The notes: a model not told the origin generated them from the letters alone. A DNA stretch of 25,854 nt from Gemmatimonadota bacterium (GCA_030641505.1 DAOWHI010000052.1:1-25854), one strand, 5' to 3'; shown: positions 8,444 through 16,591, counted from the first letter of the stretch. Numbers and translations are program-made.

Positions 8444-9483
8444 TGCGGGCGGTCTATATCGAGCGCCACGGTGGACCCGAAGTGGTAACCGTCGGTGAGC
8501 TAACCGTACCCGAACCTGGGCCCGGTGAGGTCCGCATCAAGATCGTCGCGGCGGCGCTCAACCACCTCGATCTGTGGGTGCGGAGCGGCATCCCGGGTAT
8601 CGAGCTTTCGATGCCACACGTGCTCGGCTCCGACGGAGCAGGTGTCATCGACGCGCTCGGTGACGGCGTCGAATCCTTCGCCGTGGGCGACAAGGTGCAC
8701 CTGCAGCCGGGTCTCTTCTGTGGCGATTGCGAGTACTGCGAGCAGGGTGAAGAGTCGCTTTGCACTCGCTATCGGTTGCTCGGCGAGCACGTGTCGGGGA
8801 CGTTCGCTGAGTTCGCGATCGCTCCCGCGGTCAACGCGTACCTCAAGCCGGACACGTTGACGTGGGAGGCGGCGGCTGCCTTTCCGCTAGCGTACGAGAC
8901 CGCCTGGCGGCTGCTCATGTCGGCCGGCGGATTGAAAGCCGGGGAAAGCGTCTTGATCCACGGCATCGGCGGTGGCGTCGCCGGTGCCGCACTCCAGATC
9001 GCCAAGCACGCGGGTGCACGCGTCTACGCGACTTCATCGAGCCAGGCCAAGCTCGATCGAGCGCTCGAACTCGGCGCCGATGTCATCCTCGACTACACCG
9101 TGCAGGACATACCCGCGGCGATTCGGGAGCACACTTCCAAACGCGGCGTTGACCTCGTCATCGACAACGTCGGCCAAGCTACGTGGCGCGACTCGATTGA
9201 GAGCGTCCGCCGCGGTGGGCGGATCGCCACCTGCGGGGCCACCACCGGAAACGATGCCGTGACGCCAATCAACCGCGTATACTGGAAGCAGATCTCGATA
9301 CACGGCTCGACGATGGCCAACCGGCGGGAGTTCGAGGCGGTCTCGGAACTCGTGATCGACGGCGATATCGAGCCGATCATCGATCGCACCTTCCCGCTCG
9401 AAGAGGCCCCGGCGGCTCTGGAGCGCCTGGCGAGCGGAGATCAGTTCGGAAAAATCGTACTGACCACTGGAGCCACAACGTAG
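8443..9483 (+). CDS. MDR-superfamily zinc-binding dehydrogenase / NAD(P)H:quinone oxidoreductase-like
   Basis: TGATG overlap with the DUF885 stop. HGGPEV, ALNHLD, PHVLGSDGAG, structural-Zn motif CGDCEYCEQGEESLC, GIGGGVA nucleotide-binding loop, QFGKIVL. Canonical catalytic-Zn Cys/His are replaced (NHLD, GSD). Confidence 0.92.
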   Translation: MRAVYIERHGGPEVVTVGELTVPEPGPGEVRIKIVAAALNHLDLWVRSGIPGIELSMPHVLGSDGAGVIDALGDGVESFAVGDKVHLQPGLFCGDCEYCEQGEESLCTRYRLLGEHVSGTFAEFAIAPAVNAYLKPDTLTWEAAAAFPLAYETAWRLLMSAGGLKAGESVLIHGIGGGVAGAALQIAKHAGARVYATSSSQAKLDRALELGADVILDYTVQDIPAAIREHTSKRGVDLVIDNVGQATWRDSIESVRRGGRIATCGATTGNDAVTPINRVYWKQISIHGSTMANRREFEAVSELVIDGDIEPIIDRTFPLEEAPAALERLASGDQFGKIVLTTGATT

Positions 9484-9497
9484 GCGCAAAGGGGCGA

Positions 9498-10400
9498 ATG
9501 CGAGTTCGATTTCTGTCAATGTTGGCTTGGTTAGTAATCGCCGGCGGGGTCGGCTTTGGCGCGTGCCAACGGAGCGACCCGGCGACTACGACCGTCGACG
9601 ACCCCGAGACCGAAATCCCCGATACGCTGAGCACCGTAGAGCAGTCAGCGTTCGCGGTTGACCTCGAGCGTTATAACGAGATGTCAAGCGGTCGCTTGGA
9701 TACGGTCGACATGCTCGGACGAGCCGATGATGCGGCGTGGCACGTGCAGGTGTTGAACTACCGGACCGATCTCATCGCTATGACGTATGCCACCTGGTAT
9801 GACGGCCCGGACAGCGCGGCGCTGATCGCCGCCGATGACCAACCGCACCTCGAGGACAACCTCGGCAACGTTTACAATGGAGTTGTGATCCCTAGCAATC
9901 CGCGCTTCAAGATCGATTCCGGGACGACCGCCGTCGGGGTATACGTGTTCACCCCTGCGGTCAACACCGCAGCCGACTCGCTGACGCTGTTCATCAACGA
10001 CTCAACGCCACCGACGATTCGGGTCGGTCCGTTCGGGATCTTCCACGATCACACGTCTGGTTCGGGTCCGCTGTCGACGGGTATCAGCGGCGGCCTCTCC
10101 TCTTATAAACTCGAGATCGTCTCGTTGAGATGCTCGAAAGAGGGCGGCTACGTGCGCGTGAACGGCGAGGTGAGGAACATCTCGAGCGAGGCGTTGGAGG
10201 ACGTCGAGGTGGTGGCGAGCTTCAGCTCCGCGGATGGAACACTGGTCAAATCGGGCAGCGCCGTGATCGATTTCAACCCGCTGCTTCCCGGCCAAAGCTC
10301 GGCCTTCGAGGCGCGAGCCGAGGACGATCCGGAAGTGTCCGACTGCAACTATATCTTCAGAAAGCTCGGCGGCGGAGAGATCCGTGCCCGAATCCCCTAG
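9498..10400 (+). CDS. Hypothetical lipoprotein with a C-terminal FxLYD-type Ig-like domain
   Basis: Lipobox GFGAC; AGGGG SD. C-terminal V.GEVRN.S......V.V.ASF...DG.LV......I....LLPGQSSAF pattern; central LEDNLGNVY reminiscent of DUF4352-type Ig domains. Confidence 0.72.
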   Translation: MRVRFLSMLAWLVIAGGVGFGACQRSDPATTTVDDPETEIPDTLSTVEQSAFAVDLERYNEMSSGRLDTVDMLGRADDAAWHVQVLNYRTDLIAMTYATWYDGPDSAALIAADDQPHLEDNLGNVYNGVVIPSNPRFKIDSGTTAVGVYVFTPAVNTAADSLTLFINDSTPPTIRVGPFGIFHDHTSGSGPLSTGISGGLSSYKLEIVSLRCSKEGGYVRVNGEVRNISSEALEDVEVVASFSSADGTLVKSGSAVIDFNPLLPGQSSAFEARAEDDPEVSDCNYIFRKLGGGEIRARIP

Positions 10401-10422
10401 CTCTTGCAACTAGCGTAGCCTG

Positions 10423-11796
10423 CTAGCCGACCTCACTCGCGTACTCGTGATAGAAGTGCGCCGCAGCAGCGATCCCGCGATGAAAGTTGTCCAAGTCGAG
10501 GTTCTCGTCGGGGGCGTGGGCATTCTCGTCGGGTAGGCCGAACCCCATCAGAATCGAAGTCAAGCCTAGTGTGCGTTGGAAAGCGTTGGTGATCGGGATC
10601 GAGCCACCCTCGCGCGTGAAGACGGGCTCGGCGCCGAACGCCGCCGCGAGAGCGCGTTTGGCCGCCTGGTTGGCGGGGTGATCGAGCGGCGCCAGGTACG
10701 CGTGGGCGCCATGGTGGGCAGTGATCCTTACGGTGACGCCCGGTGACGCGACTCGTTCGACATGACTCTCAAAGAGACGCGCTATCTCCTGCGGATCCTG
10801 ATCCGGGACAAGCCGCATCGAAACTTTGGCCGACGCCTCGCCCGGCAGCACCGTCTTCGCGCCATCACCTGTAAAACCGGAGATCATTCCGTTGATGTCC
10901 AGCGCCGGCCGGGCCCAGGTGCGCTCCAACGTCGAGAAGCCCGCTTCTCCAACCAACTCTGAAACGTCGAGCTGCTTCTTGTACGCCTCCTCGTCGAACG
11001 GGAGCCGAGCGTACTCGCTGCGCTCTTCTTCGGTTAGTGGTCGAACACGATCGTAGAAACCATCGATCGCGATCCGCTCGTCGTCGTCTTTGAGCGACGC
11101 CAGGATCTTGGCCAACGCCTGCGCCGGATTCGCAACCGCACCGCCAAAGGAACCGGAGTGCAGGTCGGTATTCGCACCCCGAACGTGGAGCTCCATGTAG
11201 CATAGGCCGCGCAAACCGTAGCACAGCGACGGCACGCCACGGGCAAACATCGGGCTGTCCGAGATCATGATCACATCGGCAGCCAAATCGGTGTTACGCT
11301 CGACCAAGAACGGCTCGAGACTCTCAGAGCCGATCTCCTCTTCGCCCTCGAGCAGAACCTTCACGTTGCACGGCAACCCTCCGTGAACGGCGAAGTGCGC
11401 CTCCCACGCCTTCAAGTGCGCCAAGACCTGACCTTTGTCGTCTACCGATCCGCGGCCGTAGATCTTCCCGTCACGAACCGTTGCTTCGAACGGTGGTGAG
11501 GTCCACAATTCGATCGGGTCCGGCGGCTGGACGTCGTAGTGACCATAGAACAGCACGGTCGGGGCGCCCTCCGCCTCGAGCCACTCGGCGTACACAATCG
11601 GATGACCGTTGGTCTTGATGACCTCCACGGTTTGAAACCCAGCATCTCGTAGAGAATCGCGACAGTAATCCGCACACCGCTCAACGTCCTGAGCGCGTTC
11701 GGGATCGGTCGACACGCTCGGGATCGCGACGAACGCCTTGAGCTCTTCGACGTGCGCATCGCGCCGAGACTCGATGTGATCAATTACCGCATCCAT
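10423..11796 (-). CDS. M20/M25/M40 family dipeptidase
   Basis: YGHYDVQP, IYGRGSVDDKG, EGEEEIGS, LHSGSFGG, REGGSIP, DENAHAPDE; start re-called at ATG 11796 (GGTGAG SD). Confidence 0.95.
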   Translation of the reverse strand: MDAVIDHIESRRDAHVEELKAFVAIPSVSTDPERAQDVERCADYCRDSLRDAGFQTVEVIKTNGHPIVYAEWLEAEGAPTVLFYGHYDVQPPDPIELWTSPPFEATVRDGKIYGRGSVDDKGQVLAHLKAWEAHFAVHGGLPCNVKVLLEGEEEIGSESLEPFLVERNTDLAADVIMISDSPMFARGVPSLCYGLRGLCYMELHVRGANTDLHSGSFGGAVANPAQALAKILASLKDDDERIAIDGFYDRVRPLTEEERSEYARLPFDEEAYKKQLDVSELVGEAGFSTLERTWARPALDINGMISGFTGDGAKTVLPGEASAKVSMRLVPDQDPQEIARLFESHVERVASPGVTVRITAHHGAHAYLAPLDHPANQAAKRALAAAFGAEPVFTREGGSIPITNAFQRTLGLTSILMGFGLPDENAHAPDENLDLDNFHRGIAAAAHFYHEYASEVG

Positions 11797-12665
11797 AGGC
11801 TCACCAATAGGGTTCGGGACAAGTACGCTTGGAGCCGCCGCCAAGCATCGACGGCCGGAGCGAGTCCGCGGTCCGGCTCGCGGTCCACCCACAGCCAAAA
11901 GCCGTGATCGACAGCATCATAGACGTGAACGTCGTTCGGCACGCCGGCTTCACGAAGGGCAGCCACAAATCGCTCGACCTCGTCGGGTGGGATGCCACTA
12001 TCCATCTCAGCGAACGTGCCATAGATCTCGTGGTCGATGCGGGCCAGCTCCGCCGGGTCTGTCAGCAGTTGACCGTAGAAGATCGCTGTGCCTTCGTGTT
12101 CCTCTCCGCCGAGTGCGTAGCTGAGCGCGATGCCACCACCAAAACACCAGCCGATCGTGGCTATGCCACCGGTCACGTCATCACGCGCGCGTAAGAAACG
12201 CTGGGCACCATCGAGGTTCGCAATGACGGTCGTCATGTCGCCTCGTGCCTCGCGCACCAGCGCCATGTTTTCGTTCTGGTTGTTGCCGGTGCGGGAGCGG
12301 TAGAGGTCGGCCACCAAGGCAACGTATCCTTCCTCCGCGAGCGCGTCTGCTACCTGCCGGACGCGATCGTTCAAGCCGTCCCACTCGTGGATCAGGATCA
12401 CGGCCGGGTGCGAACCGTCGTCGGTCGGCACAGCGAGATAGCCCATGGTTTGAGAATCGGGCGCGAAGTACCGCACCGGTTGCCCGGCCGGCGGAGGCGC
12501 CATTCCTAGCAACGCCGCCGGCAAAGAGTCGCCGCCTGTGGCGAGATCAGCTGGACGAGCGCTAATCCCGTCGGAATCCGATGCCGCGCCCCCGCAAGCG
12601 GAAGCGACCAGACTCGCGTTCACAACCAAGCGTATCAACCGATTTCGGTATGCATCTCTGCGCAT
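11784..12665 (-). CDS. Dienelactone hydrolase family protein, predicted lipoprotein
   Basis: Lipobox-like LVASAC; VILIHEWDGLND, LAEEGY..L..DLY, nucleophile GWCFGGG, HGF; SD AGAAGGAGA. Its 3' end overlaps the M20 start by 13 nt. Confidence 0.9.
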   Translation of the reverse strand: MRRDAYRNRLIRLVVNASLVASACGGAASDSDGISARPADLATGGDSLPAALLGMAPPPAGQPVRYFAPDSQTMGYLAVPTDDGSHPAVILIHEWDGLNDRVRQVADALAEEGYVALVADLYRSRTGNNQNENMALVREARGDMTTVIANLDGAQRFLRARDDVTGGIATIGWCFGGGIALSYALGGEEHEGTAIFYGQLLTDPAELARIDHEIYGTFAEMDSGIPPDEVERFVAALREAGVPNDVHVYDAVDHGFWLWVDREPDRGLAPAVDAWRRLQAYLSRTLLVSLWMR

Positions 12666-12683
12666 CGTGTCTCCTTCTCTCGA

Positions 12684-13493
12684 CTAGCTGAGCAGCTCTC
12701 CCCGGAACACCGTCACAGCACGCCCGCTGAGAATCACCCGATCACCAACTAGCCGCGCGCGAACGATGCCACCCCTGGTCGAAGCCTGGTATCCGACCAG
12801 CTCCTCCAATCCGAGCTTTGCTGACCAGTACGGCGCTAACGCACAGTGCGCCGAGCCGGTTACCGGATCTTCGTCGATCCCGTAGCGGGGAACGAAGAAC
12901 CGGGATACGAAATGGTGCTCCTCGCTATTGGCGCGGGCGGTAACGATCGTTCCTCGCGCCTTGACGGTAGCCAAGCGACGAAAATCGGGCTCGAGGTTCC
13001 TGACCTGGCCTTCGCTCTCGACCTCGACCAGGTAGTCCTGTTGCTCGCTCTTGCCGACGAACAGAGGATCGACGCCGAGCGCCGCGAGCAGGCCCGGTGG
13101 CGGCTCGACTGCAACCGCTGGAGTGGCTGGAAAGTCGAGTTCGATCCAATCGTCAACGCGAGACGCCGAAAGCTCCCCGCTGCGAGTCTGGAATCGCACA
13201 GCGGCGGACTCTTCTACGACACCACTCTCCCATAGCACGTGTGCGCTTGCCAGCGTCGCGTGGCCGCACAGATCGACCTCTCGCAGCGGGGAGAACCAGC
13301 GCAGCTGATAGGCTCCGCCCTCGGGCCACAGGAACGCTGTCTCCGAAAGATTCATCTCGGCCCCCACCGCCTGCATCCAACCGGTATCGGCCGGTCTGTC
13401 GAGCAGGCACACCGCCGCCGGGTTTCCGGTGTACGGGCGGGCCGAGAAGGCGTCCACTTGATAGATGGGGATCGGTTTCTTCACCTCGTGCAT
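12684..13493 (-). CDS. PhzF/YddE family isomerase
   Basis: YQVDAFS..PYTGNPAAV, MNLSETAF, EVDLCGHATLASAH, EDPVTGSAHCAL; start ATG 13493 (alternative GTG 13484). Confidence 0.95.
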   Translation of the reverse strand: MHEVKKPIPIYQVDAFSARPYTGNPAAVCLLDRPADTGWMQAVGAEMNLSETAFLWPEGGAYQLRWFSPLREVDLCGHATLASAHVLWESGVVEESAAVRFQTRSGELSASRVDDWIELDFPATPAVAVEPPPGLLAALGVDPLFVGKSEQQDYLVEVESEGQVRNLEPDFRRLATVKARGTIVTARANSEEHHFVSRFFVPRYGIDEDPVTGSAHCALAPYWSAKLGLEELVGYQASTRGGIVRARLVGDRVILSGRAVTVFRGELLS

Positions 13494-13500
13494 GCCCTCA

Positions 13501-13528
13501 ATGGTAGCCGCTCTTGGTGGCGCGACAA
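13501..13528 (-). promoter_or_regulatory. Putative sigma70 promoter of the phzF-like operon (possibly leaderless)
   Basis: Minus strand TTGTCG (13528-13523), 16 nt, TACCAT (13506-13501), 7 nt, ATG. Confidence 0.45.
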
Positions 13529-13577
13529 CTGACCTGGTTTGACTGTCCTCACGGCCAAAGACCACATTGCAGAAGCG

Positions 13578-14258
13578 ATGGTCAACGACCCGATTCCTCA
13601 GATCACGCCACCTATCGAAGATTACCTGAAGGCGATCTATACGATCGGTCGAGAGCGGGGCGAGCCCCGGGCGTCGACCTCGGCGATCGCCGCCCGGATG
13701 CAGGTGTCAGCCGCCTCGGCCACAAACATGATGCAGAAACTGGCGGAGATGCGGCTGGTCGAATACACGCCCTACAAAGGTGTCCACCTCACCATCGCGG
13801 GCGAGAAGATCGCACTCGAGGTCGTTCGGCATCACCGGCTGATTGAACTCTATCTGGCGGAAGCGCTGGGGTATTCGTGGGACGCCGTTCACGACGAGGC
13901 CGAGCGACTGGAGCACGTCATCAGCGAAGAGTTCGAAGATCGCATCGATGCGATGCTCGGCCACCCAACCACCGACCCCCACGGCGATCCGATTCCACCC
14001 AAGGAGGGCCGGCTGCCCGACGACGTCCACCGTCCGTTGAATGAGGTCGCTACCGGTGACCGCGTGATCGTTCGTCGGGTCTCCGATCGGGACGGCGAGC
14101 TGCTGCGCTCGCTATCGTCGCTCCGTCTCGTACCCGGCGCTCGGATCACCATCGTCGAGCGCGCCGGGTATGGCGGCGCGATAACGCTCGAGCGTAATGG
14201 CGAGACGGTCTCGATCGGCGAGCGGCTGGCCAGCAAGGTCTTCGTCGAACCCGCATGA
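13578..14258 (+). CDS. mntR: DtxR/MntR family Mn-type metalloregulator with a C-terminal FeoA/SH3 domain
   Basis: IEDYLKAIY, VSAASATNMMQKL, YKGVHLT..GE..A...VRHHRLIELYL, VHDEAERLEH, LGHPTTDPHGDPIP, FeoA tail (L.PGARI). Start re-called at ATG 13578. Confidence 0.92.
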   Translation: MVNDPIPQITPPIEDYLKAIYTIGRERGEPRASTSAIAARMQVSAASATNMMQKLAEMRLVEYTPYKGVHLTIAGEKIALEVVRHHRLIELYLAEALGYSWDAVHDEAERLEHVISEEFEDRIDAMLGHPTTDPHGDPIPPKEGRLPDDVHRPLNEVATGDRVIVRRVSDRDGELLRSLSSLRLVPGARITIVERAGYGGAITLERNGETVSIGERLASKVFVEPA

Positions 14259-14500
14259 CCGTCGAGTTCCCGCTGCATTTCATGGTCCAGGGCGAAAAGG
14301 GCCGCGTGGTCGGCATTCGCTGGCGTGAACAAGACGTAGCGGATCGGCTGGCTGAGATGGGATTCGAGAAGGGTGTCGCCTTTGAGGTCGTCGCTCACGA
14401 CCCAGAGCGTGGCATCACCGTCCGCCTCGACGACCGCGAGCTTTCGCTCGTACCGTGGCTAGCGCCGGTGATCTACGCCACGGAAGACCCCACCAACTAA
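14255..14500 (+). CDS. feoA: Stand-alone FeoA-domain protein
   Basis: 81 aa; PL..M..GEKGRVV.I......A.RLAEMGF..G..FEVV......I.V.LDDRELSL; ATGA overlap with mntR. Confidence 0.75.
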   Translation: MTVEFPLHFMVQGEKGRVVGIRWREQDVADRLAEMGFEKGVAFEVVAHDPERGITVRLDDRELSLVPWLAPVIYATEDPTN

Positions 14501-14509
14501 TCTGCTAGG

Positions 14510-15046
14510 CTACCAGGTCGGCTCAGCGGCTCCGGCCCGGTGGTTGACGTAGCGGGCACACACGAACAGGAAATCGCTCAGTCGATTGATGTAGGGCAGG
14601 ATCGTCCCCGGAAGATCATCCGCCTGCAGTCCCACGATCGCGCGCTCCGCGCGCCGACAGACGGTGCGTGCAACGTGGAGAAAAGCCGCCGCCGGGCATC
14701 CCCCCGGCAACACGAACGCTTCGAGCGGTGGCAATTCACCTTGCCACGCGTCGATCTCGCTCTCCAACGATTTGATCCGCTCCGCGGGAAGATCGAACTT
14801 CGATCGCTTGCGTCGGTCGGGATTTGGCGTCGCCAGGATCGCACCGACCACGAAGAGGTCCTGCTGCACCCGTTCAAGGGCGGCGGACACATCCTCGTCG
14901 ATACCCTGAGCGCGGGCCACGCCCAGCCAGGCGTTGAGCTCGTCCACGTCACCGTACGCCGCGACGCGTGGATCGCTCTTCGCCACCCGTCCACCGCCGA
15001 ACAACGCGGTGCCGCCATCGTCACCGGCTTTCGTGTAGATCTTCAC
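14510..15046 (-). CDS. pduO: ATP:cob(I)alamin adenosyltransferase, PduO type
   Basis: MKIYTKAGDDG.T.LFGG.RV.K...RV.AYGDVDELN, Q.DLF.VG..LA, LPPL..FVLPGG, LHVARTVCRRAER, YINRLSDFLF; GTGA overlap with ygfZ. Confidence 0.95.
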   Translation of the reverse strand: MKIYTKAGDDGGTALFGGGRVAKSDPRVAAYGDVDELNAWLGVARAQGIDEDVSAALERVQQDLFVVGAILATPNPDRRKRSKFDLPAERIKSLESEIDAWQGELPPLEAFVLPGGCPAAAFLHVARTVCRRAERAIVGLQADDLPGTILPYINRLSDFLFVCARYVNHRAGAAEPTW

Positions 15047-16032
15047 GTCTTGACCGTCGTCATCGGGAGATCGATGACCTCGGCCTCGAGATTGTCACTC
15101 CCTAGACGGGTACCGGCGTTACAGTAGTTCCGATGAACGAACGCGAGCGCGATCGAGCCCAACTCGGGGCTGACCCCGGCGGCGGTGATCCGCGCCACAC
15201 CTGGCTTGTCGCCGCCATCGAGCAGCGTGCCCGGGGGCGGGGGTCGATCGGTATCCAGCCGCAGCCCGCGCAAGTGCTTGGCCGGTCGGCCGCGAGCCCA
15301 CAATCGAGCGATCGCTTCCTGACCTGGATAGCACCCCTTGTCATGGCTGATGGCGTTGTCGGTCGGCGCTTCGAGCGGGATCGTTTCCTCGGTCAGCTCC
15401 CGCCCGAAGGCGGCGACACCGGCTTCGATCTGGAGTACCGTCCACGCATCCTCGTCACCGACAATCGCCCCGCCAGCGATTAGTGCGGCTTGTACTGCTT
15501 TGGCCCCGGACTTTGGGGCCCACAAGCGAAAACCGACGTCCCCGGTATCGGTCCAACGAACGATGCGAACCGCCGTCGACCCGATCTTCGTCTCGACGTG
15601 TGCGCCCACACGATCGGCCGGCAGGGTCGCCCCGGCGCGGGTCACGATCTCGCCGCTCTTTGGCCCCTGAAGCGACCCGATCGACCATTCATCGCCGTGG
15701 TTGCGGAATTCAACTTCCTGACCGAAGTAATACCGTTGGAGCAGCGCTACAACCGTCGAGGCGCAGCCGCTTTCGCAATCCAGCCACAGCGCGTTCTCGC
15801 TAGCTGCGACGAGAAAGTCAGCCAGCACACGTCCCTTGGTCGGGTTTAGCATGAACGCCCGCGTGGTTTCGCCCGGCGTTAAGCCGACGATGCGGTTGGT
15901 GCAGACGTTGTTTAGGTACTCCTCGCGCTCGGAACCGGTCAGCTCGATAAGTGCGTTGTCGGGACGCGGAAAAAACGCGGCGCTCTCGTGCGCGCCGGTG
16001 TACGCCGCATGCCACTGCCGAACGCTGTCCAT
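15043..16032 (-). CDS. ygfZ: YgfZ family folate-binding protein (GcvT fold; Fe-S cluster maintenance)
   Basis: Diagnostic KGCYPGQE motif; L.G.ER.EYLN...TN, KGRVLAD, WTDTG..GF; lacks the GcvT-specific context. Confidence 0.88.
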   Translation of the reverse strand: MDSVRQWHAAYTGAHESAAFFPRPDNALIELTGSEREEYLNNVCTNRIVGLTPGETTRAFMLNPTKGRVLADFLVAASENALWLDCESGCASTVVALLQRYYFGQEVEFRNHGDEWSIGSLQGPKSGEIVTRAGATLPADRVGAHVETKIGSTAVRIVRWTDTGDVGFRLWAPKSGAKAVQAALIAGGAIVGDEDAWTVLQIEAGVAAFGRELTEETIPLEAPTDNAISHDKGCYPGQEAIARLWARGRPAKHLRGLRLDTDRPPPPGTLLDGGDKPGVARITAAGVSPELGSIALAFVHRNYCNAGTRLGSDNLEAEVIDLPMTTVKT

Positions 16033-16037
16033 GGCGG

Positions 16038-16559
16038 TCAGGGGCCGGCGGGTTCCAGGACGAGTTCCAGCCCTTCGGATCCGAGCGCAACGGGCTCGCT
16101 CACCGCGCGCCAGTCGCCCGCCCCCTCCGTCATGGCGTTGCCGTCACTGTCCAACCGCGCAACGACCCTCACATCGTCGGGGAACTCAACCCCGTCGAGC
16201 ATCGCGTCCGCCCGGCCAATCGCGAAAGCAAACGGGAACCGAACCCTCTGATGACGTTGCACGGCCAACGGTGGCCCACCTTCACCCTCAGTTCGACGAA
16301 TAAACAGGAAGAGCACCGCGTCGTCGGCAACCGTTCCGGCGTCTGACGGAAAGACGATATCGCCTCGCAACTCGTCGCCGGCCACACTCGCCGACCGCGT
16401 CTGCGCACCCGTGACGCTCAGCGAGGGTGGCAACCCAGTTTCGGAAACGAGTGGTCGGTCGCGAGCCTCGCGGGCAAACTCGTCCTCGGGCGTGACTCGT
16501 TGACTGCAAGCGACGATTGTGAATCCAACGACCATGAATGTTTTCAGCGTCAATCGCAT
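16038..16559 (-). CDS. Lipoprotein consisting of a stand-alone CcmI/CycH C-terminal (Ig-like) domain
   Basis: Lipobox TIVAC; C-terminal pattern LFLFIR....GGPPLAV.R.....FP..F.IG..DAM.......D.V.VVARLD.DG.A......D.......V.LG...LELVL, matching my recollection of the CcmI/CycH C-terminus. No TPR or TM region. Confidence 0.65.
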   Translation of the reverse strand: MRLTLKTFMVVGFTIVACSQRVTPEDEFAREARDRPLVSETGLPPSLSVTGAQTRSASVAGDELRGDIVFPSDAGTVADDAVLFLFIRRTEGEGGPPLAVQRHQRVRFPFAFAIGRADAMLDGVEFPDDVRVVARLDSDGNAMTEGAGDWRAVSEPVALGSEGLELVLEPAGP

Positions 16560-16566
16560 GGCCGAT

Positions 16567-16591
16567 AGTTTACGACCTCGTTATATAAACT
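16567..16591. promoter_or_regulatory. AT-rich divergent control region with an inverted repeat
   Basis: AGTTTA (16567-72), 13 nt, TAAACT (16586-91), plus an internal palindrome TTATATAA (16581-88), inside the 34-bp gap between divergent ATGs. Confidence 0.6.

Noticed and set aside
8443-9483. Loss of catalytic-Zn ligands as a novelty or pseudogene sign
   Set aside because: The NHLD/GSDGAG pattern with structural Zn only is a known MDR subfamily pattern; the ORF is intact.
13494-13577. DtxR/MntR operator for autoregulation
   Set aside because: No convincing TTAGG-type or other palindrome in the intergenic region; the TTGACT..CACATT promoter match is weak.
15043-16032. The GcvT-fold gene as the missing gcvT
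   Set aside because: KGCYxGQE is diagnostic of YgfZ, not aminomethyltransferase.
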